Positions 27,451 through 41,208 of a DNA stretch of 64,000 bases are shown in pieces. The stretch is from Tubiluchus corallicola (taxonomy: Eukaryota > Animalia > Priapulida). The notes below the pieces were generated by a model. That model was not told the origin of the DNA, did not search any database, and saw only the letters and a list, made by a program, of their open reading frames with translations. The stretch lies in NCBI GenBank assembly GCA_030141605.1, contig JAQGDQ010000007.1, forward strand, positions 545,173 through 609,172, in the 5' to 3' direction. Positions within the stretch are counted from its first letter, which is position 1, and each line of letters starts with the position of its first letter. The position numbers and the translations under genes are program-made.

Positions 27451-27771
27451 TTTCTATTCTGTTCTGTTCTGTTCCGTTTCGTTCTGTTCTGCATTTCCAT
27501 ATTCTATTACTTTTCTATACTGCAATGTGATGTGCTAGGTCAAGATATGCTATTCTGTTTTGATGTGTTTTATTCTGTGCTGCACTATTTTCTTCTTTTC
27601 TGGTTTCTTCCTGCTCTGTTCTATTCTGTTCTGCACTGTTCTGCCCTGTGTTTCGAGTTCTATCCTGTCCTGCCATGTCCGGTCCCGTCAAGTCCCGTCC
27701 CGTCCCGTCCTGTAATGTCCCACCCTGTCCTGTCTTTTCCCGTCCTGGCCTATCCTGTGCTGTTCTGTTCC
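27451..27771. repeat. Degenerate pentamer array (TTCTG/TCCTG/TCCCG)
   Basis: 5-bp periodicity with a drifting unit. Confidence 0.8.
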
Positions 27772-30700
27772 GTTATTTACTCATATTTCGATCTCTTTAC
27801 CGTGCCTATAGATCAGTTCACGTCATACAAAACAAACTAAAACGTTATGTCTTTTTTATCAATATTTACATTATCGATATTTTTCTTTATTTATAGAACA
27901 TGCATAAAAGCATTCAAAATAAAAACTTGTTTTTGAGCATCAAAAGCGCCCAACACAAGCCATTGGTAGAAAAAAAACAGAGAACTATTCAGTAAAATGT
28001 AGAAATATTTGAAGCGCTACTTTCAGATAATCTGATAAATGGCCGAGTATAATTTACTGTCTGGCTATTATACATGAACAATGTGACACACGCCAGATAA
28101 AACTAACAACAGTAGGAGTCAGGCGAATCTCTAGCTTACAAACCAAAACAATTATCATCATTGTACCCGGGCACAGGATATGAAATTAGCAGCTATTTTG
28201 TAGGTAAAGTGTGCAGGACATTGTCTGCGTGTCTGACTGTTATTCTGCATGGATAACCACGTGTTCCACGAAGGTTACTCGGAATAATTGCCACCTCTGT
28301 TAGCGGCCCGGGACAGGGTTGTAAAAATGTCGTGTCGTTTTGGCTCATCCATCAAAATTACGTGTCCCATTCTGAGCGGTAGTTAATACAATGGAATAGG
28401 AGACAAGCCAGGTAAACACATTTACCTGTGTGTTACCTGTGCTACCTACAATCAACAGGTGTATTTTGTGATCATTTATACATTTGGGAGTCAATGACTG
28501 AACGCCTTATAAGCAGGAAAAGCGCTATTTGCACTAGAACTTGGTAATTTTACTTTCGGATAATAAGAGAAAATTCGTCACGGTAAAGAGAATATTTAAA
28601 ATACCCGCAAAGAAATCAAGCGGCGCTCCAAGCGGTGAAACAATGAAAGCGAATGAAATAAGAAAAACTGATAAAATTTTCGCTTTGAAAGCTGTGGCAC
28701 TAGTATGATATTTCGTAATATTTGTAAAGTTTCGTTTCTCACTACATTTGTTCATCTACCTGTGAAGTCTAAGGACTAATGTTTCTACACAAAAGTCGTA
28801 TTGACTTTTATGTAATGCAATTTAATAGCTCATTACCCATTGACTTTACATCAAAGTCACCTGCCAAAATCTTATTTCTACTTTTAAAAACTTCACAAAG
28901 TGATCATAATCACCCCATGGGACATCTTAATGAACTAACAGGAACTTATTGAACTAACACCACACAAGATCAAACTTTCTAACAAATCAGAAATATCTAT
29001 CCATTTATATATGACCATGTGAGCGGTTTTTACAGCGTAATTGGTCTACACATTTATAACTACACAATACTCAAAAAGCCTTTTAAGAATCCGTGTGTGT
29101 AGAACCTGCAAACACAAAATACTTTGTGCAAAATAATTTTTATGAGTAACTTGAAAGTTACTTTGTAGTTAATAGTAACACTATTTGTTTACCACCGATA
29201 TGCATTAAATTTTCAATACGATAAGCGATTTTAAGTAATAAATGCCTTACGGTATTTATAATAAACAGAAATAGCAAAAAGTAGGTTTTGCTGTGGGTTA
29301 GGCATTTACGATTCTTCGCCATTACGACATTTCAGCCATAGATTTGATTATAAAAGCTAATTTTATCAATCTTATAAAACCCGTCTACCAGCAGTTTTGA
29401 GTAAGTGTTTGTAAGTAAATCAGCAAAAACAGCGCATTTATTTAACCGCCATTCGCCCATTAATTTGCTTCCATCACAAAAATTAGGAATGACGAGCGGG
29501 GGGTTGTATATGAGAATAAACTGTTTTTTTTTATTATTCTTTAACTCTGTTAGTATGATCTCACGAATCGCCGAATTTTTTACTCAGTTGTTACAAAACG
29601 GTCTCTTTATCTCTATCCCCTTTGTCCCTCTCTTCGACGGAGTTCTGCGTCCGTAAAAAACGAGTATAAAATGCCGCGATTCCCATGAAATGCTCTACCG
29701 CCAAAAGACTTTGACGCTGTAAAAATAATTGTCGCTTGTTGTTTTGACGGGACTTATTTGATATCAAATTACAAAGCGCAGAGCTAAAAGCTGATCCTAT
29801 AATGATCCAAACCGCCCTCAGAACTTGCTGGTCATTAATAACCTTCTGTTACAGTGAATTAATGAGATTCGTCAAATAGCTAATCGAGTCGTAATGCTTA
29901 TCGAAGTTGGAGCATTAGTGGGTGACTTAAGTACAAATAATGCACTTAATGAACGCATAAGCACATGTGGCTTAAGTAATGTTATTATTTGCATGGATTA
30001 AATCAAGGACCAGGGTGGGATGGAGAATCATGGAATACGATTAAAAGACGAAAACTTAAAACATACACGCTGATCCCAAACATCATTAAAACAAAGTCAT
30101 TTGTTGAAAGAATTGGGCCTACAACACTAATAAAACTTTGAGGCATCAATAGTGATTTCAAAGCATTCCATTGAAAAACGAAAAAAAAATTGTGAATCAT
30201 CAAGGTTAGCCAGGTTACGGCGCCATATCAAATAGTTTGTATATACATTTTTTAAAAGAAAGAAAACAACATTTGTTTTCACTGTAATGATTTTTTTATT
30301 GAACAAATTTACATTTTTTTATAGAAAATTTAAAAAATTAAATTATTACTATCCAACTTTTGCTTGTATTTACGTACGTGAATGCGTCTCTTGTATGTAA
30401 TAATGAAGGTGTGCCTTCCCTTAATATGTAACTTATTACATGCTAGAAAATACTTGTAATGTTCTGCCTGCAGGCATGTTTAACTGATAATTATACCATA
30501 CTGAAGTCTAAAGTAAATTACTATAAAGAAACATTTTTAATATTCTTTGATTGATCTGCTTTATTTTTCTGTACTTAGTGAAAAGGTGAAGAAGCCATTT
30601 TCTGCACTGCATCTGTGGAGAAACCATTTGTATGAATTCCCACTTGGTGTTATAAATGATGTAGAACAAGAGTAGAGCAAAACGAGCTCAGTGGTTTGCA

Positions 30701-32054
30701 AACTGGGCTTTAGACTAGCCGTGATCTGCCCGGTGCTTTATTACCCACAAATCAAAGGCATGTTGGACAATGTAAGAACCTTGTGCATCTTTCAATATAT
30801 TTTTCATTCTTTGAAACGCAACGAAAGTTCATTTCTCACAGGGAGTAAGAGTTCACGTTTTCTTGAAAAATTTTCTCTTAAAAACCAACTTAGGCAGCTT
30901 AGATAAGGTTAGAATCGTTAGATTAGGCACAATTCATCGTAACTAGTTAACACTGACAGACTCACGTTTAGGCTATCTATGTTCGATAGTTATACTAAAA
31001 GTAAATAGTTAATAAAAATAAACATGAAACTTTAAGCGAATAAACGTGATATTATAAATACTGGATATCCTACTTATATTACAATCTGCACTATAATGGG
31101 TGTGTTGACAGGTTGCAGCAATATGTCTGTTTCAATATAAATTCGTTTAACGCTCGGCAACTGTTACATGTTCAATCATAATGACTCTCTCAGCTTGTTC
31201 TTTTATTAATGAGTGTTTAATTTCCTCTACCAAGCTTCACACATTGTTCACAATTAGCCGCCGGCCTCTGATGGTTTCTGCTTGGTTTGTGGTTGAAAGG
31301 CACGCTGAGAATCGCCTTGTCTGCTCGGTTTGGTTATGAAAGGCGTGCTGAGTGCTGCCTTGTCGTGCTGTGAATCGTTTGTCTTGCTTTTCGACGATTG
31401 TCGGACGATAAACGAAATTTTCATAATTCGTTTAGAAATTGCGAGGCAGTCGGTAATGGAAATTAATTATACCACCATGTTGGCGGAGCAGGATTTTCTA
31501 AGCGGAGCTGAGAATTTTTCGCGTTAAGAAAACAAAAAAGGTTATATATACTCTCAAACCAACTTGCTCATTGTTTTAGTCGCTGTAATTTGATATTTAC
31601 CTTTTCTGTCAATATTTCTTTCTACTTTTGGTCTCTGTTTTTCGTTCTTCTGTCATTTGTTGCACTACAGATTTGCCTGTCATGCAGTCGCACTCTGTCT
31701 TTTTTATTCTGTTTGTTTAATGGTCTGTTTTATTTTTGTTTGCATTTGTTTATGGATTCCTTTTGGATTCTCATACTTTTTGTTGTTTTTTATTTTTACA
31801 CTGTGTCTCAGTTTTTCTTGCTGTATTAAGCTTATTATTTTCATATATAAGATGTGCCTAATAAAAGTTCAGGTTTTTAGCTAAATTAACTAATAAACCT
31901 ATTAGGCCTACATACAAAATGATTGTTACATTTAAAGTAAAAAATTGGTTTTAACATCCAATCGAAGCACCGTGTTTATTGGTAAAAGAAAAAATGAAGG
32001 TGTGTGCTAAGACAAAGATTTGAACCAGACACTTCTGGTTTGTTTGCTTATGTG

Positions 32055-32068
32055 TTTATTTTTTTATT
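32055..32068 (-). terminator. Candidate Barhl polyadenylation signals (two adjacent AATAAA)
   Basis: First canonical minus-strand AATAAA hexamers after the stop codon (32063-32068 and 32055-32060), implying a ~1 kb 3' UTR. An ATTAAA variant at 32907-32912 is an alternative. Confidence 0.35.
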
Positions 32069-33070
32069 ATAATTTAAATTATTTATCTATTTAGCATTCC
32101 CTTTTTCTGAGTTTCTGTGTTTTTTGTCATACTGAATGATAACAGTTGACGCCACTAGTACGTTTAAAATTGTATTTGCGTAAAATAGGTTACGCAAATG
32201 CAATTTTAAACATACTTTACTATAAATAAAATAAGTCTGAAAATATTCTGAGCTTTATACTTCTAAAAGAAGAATAAAAATAATGTGTGAAACTTTACAA
32301 ACAATATATTTTGTTAAACAAGACAATCATATAAGTTAAGCGCATTCACAGAAATAAACTCTTACATACTAAGTTTTGAAACTTTGTCAAATGTCACATC
32401 CAATAATTTTATGTACATAATTTGCCTAGCTGTACAGGAAATACTTAAAAAAGCAAAATGGCAAAGCTACAGTATGAGAAAGTATATTGTGAAACAGTCA
32501 GTCGTAGTGCAGATTGGTTATGTCAATTAATTAGTCATTGGTGGTTTACTCTTCAATGCAAGCTATTTGAAATTCTGAAGCCAATGAAAAAGCATGCGTG
32601 CACCTCATCTGCATTTTCTCTAAATTTGCCTCTTGACAAGTTCTTAAAAAGCAGGTCCAATATTCCTAGCTGTATATCATATATGTTTACTGCATCAATA
32701 ATTTTTAAAATAATTATGATTTTGATGCTAACAAAAATTGCTATTAATACTTATTTACAAGAGCAATACAATAATTACATATTTTGCGTTAGTTACTTGA
32801 GCAAAAAAATTTACATGATGATTTTCCGTTCTGGCATTATTTCGTCAACACAAACTCTCTAGATAAATTAGCAAGAAAATGGCAATAAATTGTTGATCAT
32901 TTTCAATTTAATTTTAAAGCGACATCTATCATGAATAGAAAAAACGTGAATAATGGCATCACAGGTTTAGTGCCTAGTTATTGATCCTGAAATGTCTTTG
33001 ATTCTGGACTACGTCATACTGAGATCCTTGGCTTATTTGTTTGCGAACCTATGTTGCTGGAATCACCATG

Positions 33071-33380
33071 CTAACTCGTTCGATGAGGATCACTACTTGA
33101 CGTTACAGGTCGCGTTCCACCATAAATAGGTGATGGCATATGAGGTTGTGTGAGCGGTGCGCCAGCTGTAGGAAAGTTGAACAATCGAGGTAATACAGGA
33201 CGTGACATGGCTGCTGCTGCAGCGTTTCTGTAGTATAAATCCAACATTGAAGTTCCGTATGTTTGCTGTCCTGGGTACCAGGCGTAGGGATTGTTTTGTA
33301 ATAATCGTTGTACTGCTGCATAATTTCCAGCTTCTGCTAAGAGTTCTAAACCAACTGCCGTTTGTCGCTTCCATTTTGTC
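33071..33380 (-). CDS. Barhl: Barhl coding exon 4 (end of homeodomain and C-terminal region)
   Basis: Acceptor taaatttcag|G. Encodes [105 protein letters not shown] at 33073-33071. This frame is absent from the ORF track. Confidence 0.96.
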
Positions 33381-36300
33381 CTGAAATTTAGTGATATAAT
33401 TAATTTTACGATTTTTCATTCATAAGCCAATTTGTCCTACTCCTCTTTTGTGTTGTAATCGGGCCTACTAGGTCATTGCTCTTATGACTTAGGTCATGTC
33501 TCATCAATCAAATGCCTGAGATTTCAATTTATATACTTTTCATTTTCTTTACTGATAATAGTAGTGGAAAAATAAAAGAGACGAAAAATAAAAAGCAAGA
33601 TAGATGGAAAGAAAAAATGAAAGAAACAAAAGAGATAAAGGAAGAAAGAAAGAAAGGATGAATGAAACGAAGGAAGGAAGGAAGAAAAGAAAGAAAAAAG
33701 AAAGTAAACGTGTCAGCAATCAAACGACTCCGCATCCAAAGCTGCCAGGCAGCTTGCCAATTAGCCAACTAGTCAGCCGCCAATCAGCGAAGCAGCAATC
33801 CAGCAACTAATCGAGCAACCACCCAGCAAATAAAATTAACTTTTACTGTACTTCGTTGCTTTTTGTTAATTTTGGTTTTCTCTCAAGTCATCTGTACTCA
33901 ATTTTTAATGTTGGCAGCTCATATAATTAATCATAATGTTAATAATTAATTAAAATAATTATGACTAATATTTTTCATGTCCAAAGGAACTTGTACCAAT
34001 TAGCATTAATGCCACATCTTTTCAGCTCACACTCAACACAATGAGCTTTAATAATGTTTCTCTCTTATGCTAATTATTAGCAAGTGTGTCGGTCATTATT
34101 CTAGCAAAACCGACATTAAATCGTCAAAAGCTTTTATCGTTTGCCGTGCTCTGATTGTACAGCGCCATTACAGGAATCTTCTAGAATAATTATTACGATC
34201 TCATCCACAAAGCTGCATGTCTAACGGCCCGTATCATGCATAAACCATCGATTATACATTCGTTAACTTTAATATCTCTTTTTATTCCATTTCTAAATGT
34301 CTATTAAAGACAATGCATTCCTCTTCCTATTTCTTAATGCATGTAATGAATCATTTATGAGTGGATCTGTGCCTTGCAAGAATAAAGACCGCATGCAAGA
34401 ATATGGACTGAAACTCTGGCTTGCTTTGCAAACTCACATAAATTTTACACACCTTCAATTTATGTTTTTTGTCCGTCTGATTTCAACTTCTGATAAACCA
34501 GAAAGTTATTTAAAAAATCCCACATTGAGGAAACGGGGAAAAACACAACTTTTCGTATACTATCGCTGTAACTTATATTCAGTTGAAAGAATAAGAAAAG
34601 AAAAAAGAAAAAATTCTAACAAACTTTTCTGGCAAGACGACTTTTTACATTGCACAAGATATCAGACTTAAAAAGTAAATCATAGAACCACAGCAAATAA
34701 ACGCAAATGGGGAAAGGAAAAACACAGGTCTAACATCACCTAGCCACACAAACAGTAACGGTAACAAAACATTTATTTTAATTTGTTCATCTAATTTCAC
34801 ATTTGCCTCAGATTTCAATTTTAATTTAAATTTACCCTTAAAAGGTTGAAGTTTTCCATGGAAGAAGCAATTTAAACAATTTTTGACATTTGTTACCATG
34901 ACCTGCAAAGCTTTCACAAAAGGAGTTAACCTTTATGTATTTCAATTTTTATGAAGCCAAGATTCAGTCTCAGCAGCAGGGTATTGCTAATGTTGATTAT
35001 TGTGGCAGAACTGGCATCTTGCTACTACCGGCAGGGTATCTTAGCTATGTTCCAATGAGAGTACTTCCTCCTTAAAGGAGCTTATAATAAAAATGCAATC
35101 AGCATCAAGAAAAGCAGAAAAACAGGTACCTAAAAAAACTTAGGCTTCTCGTACAACAAATTCTAACATTTGAATGAGTATAACAATTATATTTATTGAA
35201 GACATACACAAAAGTTCAGTAGAAACAGACTTTATGTAAGCATCGTGTATGCTGTAATTAATAACATAATAAGTAAGAAATAGAATTAATGCAAATGCAA
35301 TAATAAAGCAATTTAATTTATCTATCTCATCAAAAGCGTGAAAGTAGTACCCTAAAAATTGTAGATGGTATTTTAAAAGCTTGGGCGAGTAAGCCAGTAC
35401 CCAATAAATAAATAAATAAAACAAAGAGGAATAATCTAAATAAATTTTGAAGTATTTGATTACCATGTGTTTAAATTCGTTTAAAACTTTTTCAACGAAC
35501 TGGTCTGAGTATATTATAATCTATTCAAAATCCACGTTAGATCAAATGCAGTTACTTTTATAAAAAATATAGAAACTTTTTTAATTTTTACAAAATTAAG
35601 TTAGATGAAATATCGAAACACTAATTCTTTCAATAATTAAATGCCGTTTTTCACTATCTTCAATACAAGTGAAAAATACATTTCTCTAGATCTTTATAAA
35701 TTATCAATAGGCGTATATTTCCGAAATGCAGTAAGTTAGTAATAAATAGTTCAAAAAAGTAATAATGAGCTAAACTAGAGACATTGTTTAGCGTTCTTAT
35801 AATTCGTTTATTTCACAATTTTTTGCCTCTTGTATGAATAATACGTACAAGTAGAACTATTATCAAAACTTGGCGTACCTATTGGCGTATGCGCTTCTTC
35901 TATAGTCCTTTTCATGTAATGATAAAATTTAATAACTTATTCATATAGGCCTATTATGTTCTCATTTCATACACTGCCTATAGTATATATGAGCCTATAA
36001 ATGCAATAACATGCAACAATATGCATTTCTACTTTCTTTAATGCACGCTGCCTACTCTGCATGAATTATAACAAGCAGTAGTAACTGCTCTTTCCTCATG
36101 TCTTTTAATAGATAAAATATTAATACAAATTAAAGTAATTGCCTAGTTAATTATTTAACTCTGAACGTTTTCACTGCAATTATGTGCATAATCGTTGCTG
36201 CAGCGCCGAGCCGCTGGGAGAGGTGCAGGTCTGAGAGCCTGGGAATCATAATTATTCGATTAATATGTTACGCAATTTATAACAGGTAAAAATGACAGGT

Positions 36301-39300
36301 GTGGCGGTGACTGCGCACCTGTGCAAAAAATAATTAAAACGCGACGCCGCGGTCGTCATGAAGCTGATAATTTGAGCAAAATAACGGCTTTTAGGCTCTT
36401 CAATGCGATAAAACAGTTTACAGGTATTGCGAAAAATGAAAAAATCCAACCTTTGTCAAGTCTATAGACACCGTCATAAAAGATTAAAAGTCGCCATCTC
36501 AGCCATCCTTATAAACTTCATAGAAAGTTACATAAATTTTGAGGAATAGCATAATATGCCGCTGATGTAAGGAAAACAATCACATTATTCTAAAACTGTA
36601 TGTAAGTGTTCGAGCAGGATAATTTCAATATTTATTTCAATCAAACGGATATTATATATATATATAATTGATTTCTTTTATCAATTTTTGCAACTGTTTT
36701 ATCAACAAGTCATTTTGGTCCGCCATGTCGTTTTTCTCACGGTTTTTGGCTTTTTTTTCTAAAAGCACTGCTAAATATTCTTAACAGCCAGACTACTGTT
36801 AAAAGTAGCTACTGCTTTTAACTCTTTTCTTATGATGTTAATGCGTTTTAAACTACATCCCGTGTTCGCTAATCTGTTTTAGCAGTTAATCTATGATACC
36901 AAAACCAGAAGATTGCCCTACCCATTATCCACATAGCTAGCATTAACTGTCTAGTTAATTTCAACACTTAACACAACTCAAAAAAATCACCTTTCAGTAC
37001 GAATGTATGTAATTTAACCAATAGCCAGAAATTCCTCCGTTTCCCACGACCTTTGCTGAACACTACTTATTATGCGGGTAAAATTACAACAATCTAAAAC
37101 TCGATTTACCAACTCATCGTGTCTGATTGTAATTATAGCACACCCTGGCGGCTATTTATCTTAATACTAAGCTGCTTTAAAGAATTCTTTGTTGTTCATG
37201 TTGTTCTAAATCTTGTTCGTTTAAAACGTTTGCACAAATTAATCGCAATCACTTAGCGAAAGTTTAGTTTTAATCTTTTACATTCTGGTACACTATTTAG
37301 CATTGTTCTGTGTATAGGCGTGACCGAATTATGGCGTAACGTGTTGAAAGTATTCTCAATGGTGTGAGTTAATTGTGCTGTTAATTATGGGATTAAGTTT
37401 TCTTGCAAGTTACCAGAATTAATAATACTGTAATAATAATTAAGAACTTAACCCTCTAAAAGGCACGAAGTTGGTAAAAATAAATGCGTTATAAGCCCTC
37501 GAACAAACCAATCGTTTGGATAATTTGGTCTGACATTTTTAACATTATAACGGCAAGCCACACATTAAACTTTTATTACACGAAAAAACAAACGTTTCAT
37601 CTACTGGCTATTATAGTAGATGAAACGTTGCTCTGTTTCGTATCATGTTTGTTGTTTGTCGTTGAAATTATGGTTAAAATGTCAGATAAATTCGTTATTA
37701 AAAATCACAAGTCGCCAATACTTAAAAAAGAAATTGAATTGATGTTTGCAAAACCTTCAACAAGAACGCGTGAACTAATTAATGAATAAATGAACGAAAG
37801 AATAAAAACGTAAACGAATGACAGAATAAATGAATGAAAGGAACGAATGAATGATAGAATGAACGAACGAACGAACGAACGAATGAATGAATAGATGGAT
37901 GGATGGATGGATGGATGGATGGATGGATGAGCAAAAGTTTTTGAAAGCTAAATATAATAATAAATTTAAAATTTTGAGACTCACCGTCTATTTTGATACC
38001 AAGTTTTAACTTGCGTATCAGTGAGATTCAATGTAGCTGCTAACTCCATCCGATCTTGTACACTTAAATACTTCTGACGTTCAAAACTTTGCTCTAAACT
38101 GAAAAGAAAAGTTGCATTTGTTTAGAAGGATTGTGGTGGTCTTGAGTTTTAGCAAAATAGCTCTGCGAGTGTATCATAACTGTTTTTAACCGTAAAAGTT
38201 GTTCTGCAGCAACCGGTAGAAAAATTATTAGCGGGACGTGTTATTGGAATGTCAGTACTTGCTGCTGCTGTCACTGCCGTCGTCGTCGTGACAACTGTAA
38301 TAACTACACGCCGTTTTAGTCTGTTCATGATTTTCTCCTAGTCTAGTGGCGGACATTTTGAAAACGGTCATCATTGTTGAAAAGAAAATGACAGAATTGG
38401 GTTCCACGGGTCCAACTAACCTGGAATAGATGTCATAACGGTTTTTAAAGTGGATTTTCTGGAAAATTATTTTTATTTGCATTGGTTGTGCAAAAAGTTG
38501 GCGTCATTTTGCTTTTTTATGTTTTTAACCCCCTTCCTCCAATTTTTCGAGCTTACAACAGCTTTTTTTCGGATTCAGTATAGTCAAATTGATAATGGCT
38601 ATGTTGCCCTCTTTTAAAAACGCCCACAGAACTTTATAGAAGCATTTTTTCGGGATTTGAGCCTAGACTAATGTCGTGGTAATGTTTTAGTTATTACAGT
38701 CCAACTGTGCTCTATTTTATACCACCATCATCACCTATATCGCTGTCGCTGACTCCACAAGGCCCTTGTGTCGTTTACTTACCGATTTAGCTGGTGGTCT
38801 GTGAAAGCGGTACGAGCTTTACGTGGTTTCTTGGACTTTAAACTGGAATTGCTATCATTGGTTGATGTTATAGGCTCATCCTGCTTACTTTGTCCTGCAA
38901 AGTAAAAAAAATAGTAAGAGTAAAACAGAGTATAAATTCATAAGTGCATAGGTACCCTTTATCAGTTTCCTATGATATTCTAAAAAGGTGATAGGACCCA
39001 GTACTGCTACAAGCACAAAACAATGTTGACCCTGAGCTCCGTCTGTTGAGTGCTAGATGCCAACTTGCCATTTGTTGATAAACCTACTGCATACATTCCT
39101 AACGCGTGATATCATAGCAAATGAAACCTTATAATTTCGTAACACACTACAAACAAATAACGAGTGCAGAGACGATAATTCGTGAAATTGATAGGCATAA
39201 TCAGATTTAGTAAATAGTTACAATGTTTGATTAGTTCACAATTATAACATAAACACTTTCTCTAGCAGCAAAAATAATTTATTAGACATTTCATCTAGGC

Positions 39301-40986
39301 ACCTAGATAATAATTTTAATGGGCGATTGTACAAACAATACGAGCATTTATAGGTTAAGCGGGTAACTTGTTTCAATAAAAGCTTACGAAAAAACCGACA
39401 CAAACCGGAAATCACCGAGCGTTGTGTATCTGACAGCAGGAAATTCATTTAATAAAAACTCGAAAAACAGCCCATAGGTGAAAAGATATGGAGGAAAGTC
39501 AAATAGAAGAGATTATCTGTGAGCCGGGCGGATGTGAGGAAAATCAGAGTTTACACAGTTCCGGTGACAGTTTGCACAAGATGATAATCGTTTGTTCGTA
39601 GTGTGTGGCTTCCAGTGTTGACTTAACTAAATATTTGTTGATTTGACAATGAGAACGGATGTTGAGACCCATAGCGCGTGCAGTCACAATCCAAGATGGC
39701 CGCTCGATTGTTGGGCGTTCAAGTGCTTTAACACCACGATCAGGGAATGTATGTTTTGTAAAACTAAAGTAAATAATAGCCATTGTAGTTCACTGAAGCA
39801 ACTAAACTGTATGAAGAAGTGATGCCCTGACGTAATTTTGTGAGCTGCATCTGCATTTTAAACGGCTGTGAAATTTCCTGGATTTCAGCAACAGTGATTT
39901 GTTTCACTTATTTTTGTTTAAAATCTGAATTTCGCGTGATCATGGTCTCTGAAAGTCACAGAATTGTTCATTTTGTGGCTTAAGCCTACAGCAATATTTC
40001 GTCTTAATACTTAATTTAGTAGTTATATGAGCCACACTAAAGCTGGACAAACGATGATGCCTATTATAAAATTCCTTTACCTTGACTTGGCGTACATACT
40101 GTAATTTACTATTAATTTTACTAATATCATATAGTCATATATAGTCTAGATCGCATAATTACAAATATTAAATTCGTCGTTATGAATACTAATACTATGT
40201 TTATTTTTTTGACAAAATTAGATATTTGATTTCTAGGTTTAATTTATACTTTAACATAGTATTCTTAAGACTGTTGGTGGAGTTACGCCCACACAGTTCT
40301 GGTTCTTTGTATTAAAAACAAACTGTGCCAACAGAGACACTCTTCATAAGCAGGACAAAAATCCATTTAAAAGATTATTATTCTCCTATTGCTAATAGCT
40401 AGCAGGTCTAAGTTAATATCTATACTTATGTGTAGAAACAACTATTGTACTGATTATTATTTTAAAACATATTATATAAATCAACCGGCTAACCGCATTC
40501 CAAGCGCCTTAGTAGTTTGTTTACATAAAGTCTTTAGTAAGAATAATATTTTAACAGAAATGAATAACAGCGGAAGCATTCTTCCCGCCAGGCTGCCATT
40601 TTTCTGTTCTGTCTCTTCCCCTTTCTTCTTTTTTGTTATTCATCTTTTTTGTTTAATACTTAATTATTTTTGTCAGTTTATTAACGTTTTTATTTGCCTG
40701 TTTGTTCGTTATATTTATTCACTCCTTCATTAATTTAGTCATTCGTTTGCTTTTGTTATTAAATTTTATTTTTTCATTCATTAATTTATTTACTTATTTA
40801 TTTATTTGTCTCTTTTTTATTTATTTAGTCATTATTTAGTCATTCATTTATATATAATCATCCTTCTTCTGTCCTTCCTTATCCCAACTCTTTTTATTGT
40901 TTCTGACCTTTTCTTTCTTCTTGTCTTTTTCATTTATATCTATATGGTTTTCGTTTCCTTTCTTTTTCTTTCTTTATTTCTTTTTT

Positions 40987-41078
<92 letters not shown>

Positions 41079-41094
41079 TCGTTCGTTCGTTCGT

Positions 41095-41160
<66 letters not shown>

Positions 41161-41165
41161 CCTTC

Positions 41166-41208
<43 letters not shown>

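Noticed and set aside
33093-33419. ORF-track ORFs 33093..33419 (-), 33103..33321 (-) and 33202..33384 (+)
   Set aside because: Off-frame or antisense shadows of Barhl exon 4; the real frame starts at the splice acceptor at 33380.
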